Below, one piece after another: positions 57,765 to 64,000 of a DNA stretch of 64,000 nt. The notes beneath the pieces were generated by a model. It was not told the DNA's origin, did not search any database, and saw only the letters and a program-made list of their open reading frames with translations. A program made the translations under genes and the position numbers. Origin of the DNA: Candidatus Bathyarchaeia archaeon (GTDB taxonomy: Archaea > Thermoproteota > Bathyarchaeia > Bathyarchaeales > Bathycorpusculaceae); contig JAVZNC010000002.1 in the NCBI GenBank assembly GCA_038882955.1, positions 221,209 through 285,208 on the forward strand. Reading direction: 5' to 3'. Numbering within the stretch: the first letter of the stretch is position 1; every line of letters begins with the position of its first letter.

Positions 57765-58256
57765 TTACAAACCCTTATCTGCGTTTCTAAGACCGCTCTC
57801 ATTATCGCTAACCATTTTATTTGATAAATACTTGCGCATTCTTATTTCGGTCAGCTGCCTTCCCACCTCATGCCTCTGCTTTGCCACTTCCATAAGGTTG
57901 ATAAAAAGGTGCAGGTTCTCCTTTGCGACAACCGCGTCCAAATTGGTCAACCCCTCAGAGTTCAAGCCGAGCGATGTAGCTAAGTCGCGTAGGTCGTTGA
58001 GAACGTCAAGTTCAACGAGTTGGCGGGTCAAGCGCTTGGGCTTCTCAATAAGCGTGGAGTATCTTTGCTTGAGCGCTTTATAGCGGGCTTCAATGTCTGA
58101 ACCGCCTTCTTCGGAAAGTCATTTTTCCAGCAAATCGTTAACCAAAGCGCAGAACCGAATGCCGAGGCGCTTGCATTTTGCCTTAGCCTTCTCCATCGTG
58201 GCTATAGACAGATAGAACGATTGATAGATAGCCCCGTCGTATTTCTGGTATTTCAT
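57765..58256 (-). pseudogene. RHH + coiled-coil gene interrupted by an in-frame TGA (58119-58121)
   Basis: From ATG 58256: MKYQKYDGAIYQSFYLSIATMEKAKAKCKRLGIRFCALVNDLLEK*LSEE..., continuing in frame into the 57765-58031 ORF. Confidence 0.7.
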
Positions 58257-58298
58257 ATTTCTCCTAAGGAAAAATCAGTATATGCCTAAGACGGGGGA

Positions 58299-58387
58299 AT
58301 CGTAATATTACGTTGGCACCAGAGCATCGTAATATTCGGGCAATTGTTATATTGCGTTGGCGTTGGAGCATTGTAATAAAACAGACA
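58299..58387. repeat. 44-bp duplicated unit with four AT(C/T)GT(A/T)ATA motifs and the palindrome CGTAATATTACG
   Basis: Motifs start at 58299, 58326, 58343 and 58370; the palindrome is at 58301-58312. Confidence 0.75.
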
Positions 58388-58402
58388 ACTGCAATAGAAG
58401 TC

Positions 58403-58467
58403 GTTCTGTAGGAACCCTCTATAAGAAGCCTCTGTAAGATTCTTCTATAAGACTCTTCTATTAATTA
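58403..58467. repeat. Five tandem 13-bp iteron-like repeats (consensus cYTCT(A/G)TAAGA)
   Basis: TCT(A/G)T cores at 58405, 58418, 58431, 58444 and 58457, an exact 13-bp period. Confidence 0.8.
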
Positions 58468-59027
58468 AAACTCTCTATGCGACCCCATTTTAGCTCTTTT
58501 CCGCTATCTGTATGTTAAGAATCACCCGTCCGCGAGTTTTCCAGCCTTGGAGTTTCCGTTGCTGATAATCAACGTTATCAGAAATGTGGGAAAACGGTTC
58601 TAGTAAGAAATTTTTGAAAAACCTTTTGAACGCGCAATATAAAGAGGAGTTTCCACCCAACCCCAAAATGTCGATAAGGTTTTTCGCGAAGAGAAAGAAA
58701 CTTGCCCCACATGTCCCTTTCAAAATTATTCACTCGTGCGGGTAATGTCGCCCAACATAGTTCAGATGCAACTATGTTAGCAATCTGAAAAACCAGTAGT
58801 TTGTCTGCTCTATTTGAATTCACTTCTTCCCTGAAAAGTGGCAAGTTTCCCAAACTCCAACTCTTCATTCCATCTTCACATTAAGGCGAATTATCGTCCA
58901 CGGTCAAGTTCTGACTCGTGAACAAACCTATTTTTCTAATAAGGGAGGCGAAACTACGGCTTCAAATGTTCCACCAGTATCTACTACTTCCTCAACGCTT
59001 GGGAGAGTTAGAGGATTCACTATTGAT

Positions 59028-59636
59028 TTGCTCTTTATTCTTTATGAAGGTGCAGCAAGATGCTGTGAGCTGTCAGAAAGAACTGGAAAACCCTCGCAAT
59101 ACGTGCGCCGATACCTTGCAAATATGCGGAAATATGGTTTGGCTGAGCAGAATGGCGCTTTTTGGTTTTTAACCGATTCCGGGGTTTCTTTTACTGAACA
59201 TCTTAAAAGACACTATGAAAATATATTAAATAATACGTTTATAGAATATAGAAAGAAAGAAGAAAGAAAAGAGAAAGATAAAAGAAAGCTTACTGAAAAA
59301 CGGAAAGCATTTCAGGCTGAGCTGAAGCAAATTTCCGCCTCTTTCTGGCTTTCCGAATCGGAGCTTTCTGTAACCGAGAAGGAAGTAGTAGAATTACTGG
59401 TGAATCATTACAATCAGTCAGGTTCAAAATTTATCCTGGTTAAAGATGAATTTGAGCTTTCAGAAAAGCTAAAGGCAAATTCAGGAGACGTTCTCGAAGC
59501 TTTAAAAAACTTGAGACAAAACAACATAATATACCTTATTCGGTCGGAGTTCAAGGGATACTGGAAAGTTGGATTGAAAAAGAATTTTTTCATTATGCTC
59601 CAAAATTCATCAGCGGAGCAAGGTCCATGCATTTAG
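59028..59636 (+). CDS. Double winged-HTH protein, candidate replication/regulatory protein of the element
   Basis: ArsR-like wHTH (ELSERTGKPSQYVRRYLANMRKYGL), K/E/R-rich linker, second wHTH. The frame stays open upstream to 58818 without a standard start codon. Confidence 0.6.
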   Translation: MLFILYEGAARCCELSERTGKPSQYVRRYLANMRKYGLAEQNGAFWFLTDSGVSFTEHLKRHYENILNNTFIEYRKKEERKEKDKRKLTEKRKAFQAELKQISASFWLSESELSVTEKEVVELLVNHYNQSGSKFILVKDEFELSEKLKANSGDVLEALKNLRQNNIIYLIRSEFKGYWKVGLKKNFFIMLQNSSAEQGPCI

Positions 59637-59863
59637 GGTTGTCGGACTACGAGGTTGGCAGATGGTTCAAAATGCTGATGGAAAAGTTCCCAGACAAATA
59701 TCCGAGTCAACAAGCTGTCGCCGACAAGTTCAAAATCGCTCAACCGCATGTCGCCAGACTGATTGAACATTACGAGTTTCTCGAAGAAATGAAAGGAAAG
59801 ATGCCGTCCTACATTATACCACGTGGCATAATGTTGCCTGAAGGCTTCATCCGCGAGGTCTGA
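59627..59863 (+). pseudogene. ParB-like HTH fragment
   Basis: LSDYEVGRWFK..YPSQQAVADKFKIAQPHVARLI resembles a ParB/Spo0J HTH. No N-terminal domain; ends at a TGA followed by in-frame RAPEEI. Confidence 0.55.
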
Positions 59864-60001
59864 CGCGCCCCAGAGGAAATTTCAGTTAAAAGTTGATGGG
59901 AGTAATTTTTAACACGTAGTTAAAGTGTAGTAGGAGGAAAGTCCTAGAAAAATATTGAGATGATGCGAGGTCGACGAGGTTGCGAGAATCTAATTTTGCT
60001 T

Positions 60002-60234
60002 TTACTTTGATTTTGTCAGAGAGGCTATTGCTTCTACTATTATTGACAAGCCTATAAGCACAATAACTGTTTGCCACAATGGTAAATTATAGCCAAGTAA
60101 TGTGGCGACTCCAAATGTTAGAGCAAAAATTCCAATTAATATGCCGATTTGGCTCAAGCGCATCCCAAAATTCTCCTGATCACGTTTAAACCTACTAAGA
60201 TAATTCCGATACCTAATGCAACGTAAGTTCCCAT
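60002..60234 (-). pseudogene. Frameshifted small membrane protein
   Basis: MGTYVALGIGIILVGLNVIRRI shifts frame into GMRLSQIGILIGIFALTFGVATLLGYNLPLWQTVIVLIGLSIIVEAIA. Confidence 0.5.
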
Positions 60235-60910
60235 TGAAACGAGTATGTGCGTTGTGGTTATAAAGCTACAAAGGAGAAGTGGAATTGCTCAAGTGGAAAT
60301 GCCCAAACTGCCTCTACAAGGTTGCACGAAAGGTGTGATCACCTGTAGTCCAAAGGATAAAAGCTGTATAACCAAACCATCGGAACCAAATTTATTATTC
60401 CATTTTCTTTTTAGGTTTCAGATAAAATTCAGTCGAGGAGTAATATTTTGAGTTTTAGGATAAAAGTTAAACGACAGCTATTTCCTCCAGCTTAGCTACA
60501 TCTATCTTGGCTTAAATGATTAAAACATTTAAAGGAATGCTTCGGCGAATGTATTCGTTGAAAATCGCCAGCTTAAAATTATGAATGCAGCCGGAGCTTG
60601 GTTCAAAAATTTTGATAAAAGGTATCGTAACACAGGATTTTATAGAATCTGGGATTTTATGCCAGATAGACTAAGCAAGGATGAAATGGAAGAATTTTAC
60701 ACCATAATTCAAAACATAAAAAATAAGGTTTCATCAAGTGGTCCGAAGACTATTTGCGGTTAGTGTCTCCTAACAGAAAAGTGAGCTGTATTGAGGACGT
60801 TTCGCAATGAAAGAGGCGTTCCAATCGACCTGACCGAATGGCTTGTACATATATAATTATATAAAATAACAAAAAGTTTTTATATTATTATATTTTTATA
60901 TTATGTTGAG

Positions 60911-61366
60911 ATGATTGACATGAGAAAGACGCATGCAGATAAAATACGCGAGGCAGTAACGGAATTGGGGCTGGCGTCTCCTAAAGAAATCATGGATTGG
61001 ATAAAAAAACATTATTCAGATGACCCTGTTAATCCCCATTCCTATAGAGCCGATATAATCGGTTGCAGCGTAAATCATAGTTCATCTCATCATTATCCCA
61101 GCATGCCCAAGTTCCTTTATTATGAAAAGAACCTAAGAAAATACAGGCTTTACAACCCTGAAAAAGATGGTAAAGAGCATGAAACATTAGAAACACTTGA
61201 GGAAGAGATACCCTACAGCAAGATCAGTACCACAGGGCAACTCTATCTACCAAGTTCCATTCAAAGAGAGCTTAATGTAAAGCCAGGAGACATAATTGTC
61301 TTTCAGAAAAATGATAAAGGAGAAATTACGCTGAAGAAGGGCAAGCTGAAGATAGAAGTCGAATAA
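60911..61366 (+). CDS. wHTH-like domain fused to a C-terminal AbrB domain
   Basis: The C-terminus SKISTTGQLYLPSSIQRELNVKPGDIIVF is AbrB/SpoVT. The N-terminal SVNHSSSHHYP...YRLYNP domain resembles ones found on restriction-type nucleases. Confidence 0.7.
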   Translation: MIDMRKTHADKIREAVTELGLASPKEIMDWIKKHYSDDPVNPHSYRADIIGCSVNHSSSHHYPSMPKFLYYEKNLRKYRLYNPEKDGKEHETLETLEEEIPYSKISTTGQLYLPSSIQRELNVKPGDIIVFQKNDKGEITLKKGKLKIEVE

Positions 61367-61442
61367 CTGAATTTGCGCGAGATTGCCAAACTAGGTAAGA
61401 AAGCATCTAAAAGACCTGTCCATTAGTGATCGTTAACAGAAG

Positions 61443-62000
61443 TTGCCATTTTGTGCAAGTTGTCATGTTATGCGGAAGAATATGCGACCTCGCGATGAGG
61501 TTTTATATGAGCCGCCAAGTGGTGTGGGAGCAAGTTTGACAATTCGTTATCTTCTACCAAGGAATCAGAGTTTAAAGGCTTTACCTTTAGATCTTAATGA
61601 TAAAACAACTCTGATGCAATCCTCTGAGCAGGTAGCTAGCGCTAAATTTGAAGATATAGCGAGAAGATTTATGAGCAAATATTTTGGCGTTACTCTTTCG
61701 CGGTGTAAGATTTTGAATATTCCTAAATCACTTGACATGGTGTCCGATGACGGTAGAATTGTTGGAGACGCAAAATATTTCACCATGGTCAGAGGCGTTT
61801 CAATTTCGCCAGCAAAGTTTTCCGTAATCGCCGAACATATTTGGCTATTAGAAAAAACTTCAGCCAAACATAAGTTCCTAGTGTTTGGAAACGATCGCAG
61901 AGTTCCATTAGAATGGCTCAAAAGATATGGGCACTTAGTAAAAGATGTAATATTCTACTTCTTAGATGTGCCAAGTCAAAAATTAGAAAAACTTAACTAA
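61443..62000 (+). CDS. PD-(D/E)XK nuclease-like protein, N-terminus probably eroded
   Basis: KFE...LDMVSDDGRIVGDAKY (D..DxK core); N-terminal CHVM..MRPRDEVLYEPPSGVGASLTIRY half-domain. Confidence 0.65.
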   Translation: MPFCASCHVMRKNMRPRDEVLYEPPSGVGASLTIRYLLPRNQSLKALPLDLNDKTTLMQSSEQVASAKFEDIARRFMSKYFGVTLSRCKILNIPKSLDMVSDDGRIVGDAKYFTMVRGVSISPAKFSVIAEHIWLLEKTSAKHKFLVFGNDRRVPLEWLKRYGHLVKDVIFYFLDVPSQKLEKLN

Positions 62001-62063
62001 GTTTAAAAAACTTTTCGCGGATATGTATCTAACTATTTACTGCCTATGGCTAGGTAGTAAAAT

Positions 62064-62540
62064 TTAACTTTCCTCATACTCACCCATTTCCTCGTAAAGC
62101 TTCGCAGCTTCCTCATATCTTCCTGCATCTCTAAGGTTATTTGCAAAAATTTTCTGGGCTTGGTGCACATACTCTCCCTCCAATATTGGATCGACATAGA
62201 TGGATGTCGGACGGGTTGTAGCAATTTGAGTATATAACTTGAACAGGTGCTCATTAGACATCCCACAAAGCATGTTCAATTTAACTCGTAACATAGTAAA
62301 AACGGTTGTTGAAAAATTTGTAACTCGGTTCCAATCAACTGTTTAAATGAATCATGCTCTATCGTTTTCAAAAGATATTGTTTAAGTTCATTTAAACAGT
62401 CCTCGTAACACTTTTTTCATCCGCTGGCTTAAATGTCACTACATGTATGCCACATTTGCTGCAGCATCTTTACCACAAATAACGCATTTAAAAATCTTCA
62501 AGAATATGCCTTTACTACCACAATTTGGACAGTTACCCAT
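62064..62540 (-). pseudogene. Fragmented Zn-ribbon/TPR-like gene
   Basis: MGNCPNCGSKG...CVICGKD shifts frame to CSKCGIH; a later piece reads DAGRYEEAAKLYEEMG. Confidence 0.5.
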
Positions 62541-62779
62541 AATTACACGCCCATAACAAGTTAAATAAGATTATTTTCAATAATTAGGCTTGCGTTTTTT
62601 ATAACATAACCCAACAAGCTTGACAGGTATTTAAGCTTCCTTAAGATTTTGGATATGAAAGGTTTTCACCTGCGCTACCATTAACGCACGCTACTAACTT
62701 CAATCGGTTACGATATACCCTAAAAAACTAAAAACTCCCAGCTTTCTGTTAGTCGCTGTTAACAGAATATCAAAGTGCC

Positions 62780-63874
62780 TTGCATTTCTTTAGTTTTAAA
62801 TATGAAATGGTTGTGATTAATGAATTGGTGTTAATCGTGTCTTTCGTGACTATTGATTCTGGTGATTTTGTTCGGAAAGGTAAGCGCGGCGCTTTTAAGG
62901 CTTGCACTGGAGTTGCTTTGACGATTGATAGGGTTGATGCGTTTGAGTCGGCTTATTTTGATCTTCTTGAGAAGTTGTGTAAAAAGTATGGTGTTGTAAG
63001 GAAGAAGTTGGTTTATAAGGCTTATGATGTCCTTTCGGCGTTGTCGCTTAAGGATGGCGTATCCTTTCTGAATGAATTATTTGACGGTCTTTCTGATTGG
63101 TTTGTGAATGTTGATTTTTACTATTCTTATTTGTTTACGGAGAAAGTGCCTGTAGTGAAGTTATATGGAGCTGATAAAAGTGGCGTTGAGGAAGTGAAGC
63201 CTGTTGAGTTTTTGAATAAGCTTAGTTCGAGTTACCCTCACTGTTGTGCTTGGAAATACGTCTATGACCATAGTGATGCAAATGTTATTTTTCATTTAGA
63301 TCATTTTGAGGGTGAAGTTACGCTTGGGTGGGAACTTATTAAGGATAGGGATTTGAATGTTTATCTTGCGGGTGACGAAATGTATCCTTTTCTTGCTGTG
63401 GCGGACATCGCTGTTGAGCTTTTGGACCGTAGATTGTATTTTTCGAAGGCTTCTCTTTTTCCAAAGAATATCTATTCTTGCTTTAAGGAGTTAGGGGATA
63501 AGCTTCGAGTGAATTTCTTGGGGCAGAAATATTTGAAGTATATAACGCCTATAAAGAAGCAGAAAATAGATGTGCTGCCTAAACTTAAACGCCCTTTGAT
63601 TTTCATTTTTAAGGAGTATCCTCCTGGTTTTAAAGATGAAAGACAGCTTGTTCAGGATTCTCCTTTATGGAGTCGTATCTGTGAATTTGCATATAATAGG
63701 AAAGGAACTGTGAAGTTTGTTGATCCAAATTCTAAGGAGGATCGTCGTTTGCTTTTGACTGGTGGAATTGCTATCTGCATAGGAGCAGAAGGTGTTAAAG
63801 CTGCAAAATATTTGCAGAATTTAGGCGTAGACATAGAAATTGTTAAAGCTTCAACATTAATTTCCAAAAAATAG
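62780..63874 (+). CDS. Hypothetical protein, possible RNase H-fold (DUF3800-like) nuclease
   Basis: VTIDSG near the N-terminus, HLDHFE, GDEMYPFLAVADI acidic motifs; the true start may be GTG 62837. Confidence 0.5.
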   Translation: MHFFSFKYEMVVINELVLIVSFVTIDSGDFVRKGKRGAFKACTGVALTIDRVDAFESAYFDLLEKLCKKYGVVRKKLVYKAYDVLSALSLKDGVSFLNELFDGLSDWFVNVDFYYSYLFTEKVPVVKLYGADKSGVEEVKPVEFLNKLSSSYPHCCAWKYVYDHSDANVIFHLDHFEGEVTLGWELIKDRDLNVYLAGDEMYPFLAVADIAVELLDRRLYFSKASLFPKNIYSCFKELGDKLRVNFLGQKYLKYITPIKKQKIDVLPKLKRPLIFIFKEYPPGFKDERQLVQDSPLWSRICEFAYNRKGTVKFVDPNSKEDRRLLLTGGIAICIGAEGVKAAKYLQNLGVDIEIVKASTLISKK

Positions 63875-63898
63875 TATATTTTTAACTATTGCGCGAAT

Positions 63899-63928
63899 GG
63901 ATGTGCCCTCTGGTCTGAGAGCACATCC
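63899..63928. other. GC-rich hairpin downstream of the last ORF
   Basis: GGATGTGC/GCACATCC 8-bp stem plus an inner CTC/GAG stem. Confidence 0.5.
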
Positions 63929-64000
63929 GCAAGAATAAACAAGTGAAAAACATTATTTAAGATTTATGGAAGATTAATTCACTGAGTTTTGTGTGTGTGT

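Larger units (their letters stand above)
56569..64000. mobile_element. Degenerate integrated element / genomic island; right end probably beyond the window
   Basis: Tyrosine recombinase at the left edge, RHH/wHTH/ParB-like genes, tandem repeats, several pseudogenes, AT-rich nuclease cargo, and an abrupt end of housekeeping synteny. Confidence 0.75.

Noticed and set aside
58299-58467. Possible CRISPR array
   Set aside because: The repeats are 11-13 bp, degenerate and lack unique spacers; no cas genes are in the window.
58490-58868. Overlapping minus-strand ORFs of 77 and 96 aa
   Set aside because: They have no recognisable motifs and cannot be supported as genes.
58119-59863. TGA recoding (Sec or Trp) within the element
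   Set aside because: The two in-frame TGAs fit different ancestral codons (TGG and probably CGA), and nearby genes have frameshifts, so decay is the simpler explanation.

Overview
Archaeal chromosomal segment, TACK-type and probably Bathyarchaeia (inferred from RFC, Alba, KEOPS, TFE-beta, eS1, intron-containing tRNAs and the HdrA-MvhD fusion). Most of 6-56 kb is housekeeping: replication, tRNA modification, sugar-nucleotide metabolism, ribosomal proteins and proteasome. Three regions stand out. (1) 1-5.9 kb is a glutamate-node locus: a GltB2-type glutamate synthase, a Walker-dead KaiC-like protein, a glutamate dehydrogenase with an unrecognised tandemly duplicated ~78-aa N-terminal domain, and a 652-aa RHH + multi-V4R-like regulator. 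A phased TG(A/T/G)ACAT motif recurs in all three intergenic regions, making this a candidate undescribed nitrogen/glutamate regulatory system. (2) 36.6-43.3 kb is an operon joining an HdrC-GltD(NADPH) fusion, an HdrA-MvhD fusion and a four-subunit 2-oxoacid:ferredoxin oxidoreductase, with no HdrB or hydrogenase. (3) 56.6 kb to the end is a decaying integrated element with a tyrosine recombinase, RHH/wHTH/ParB-like genes, iteron-like repeats and defence-like cargo. Three tRNA genes were read by eye, two with introns (one at non-canonical position 22/23). All calls come from motif recognition; no database searches were run.
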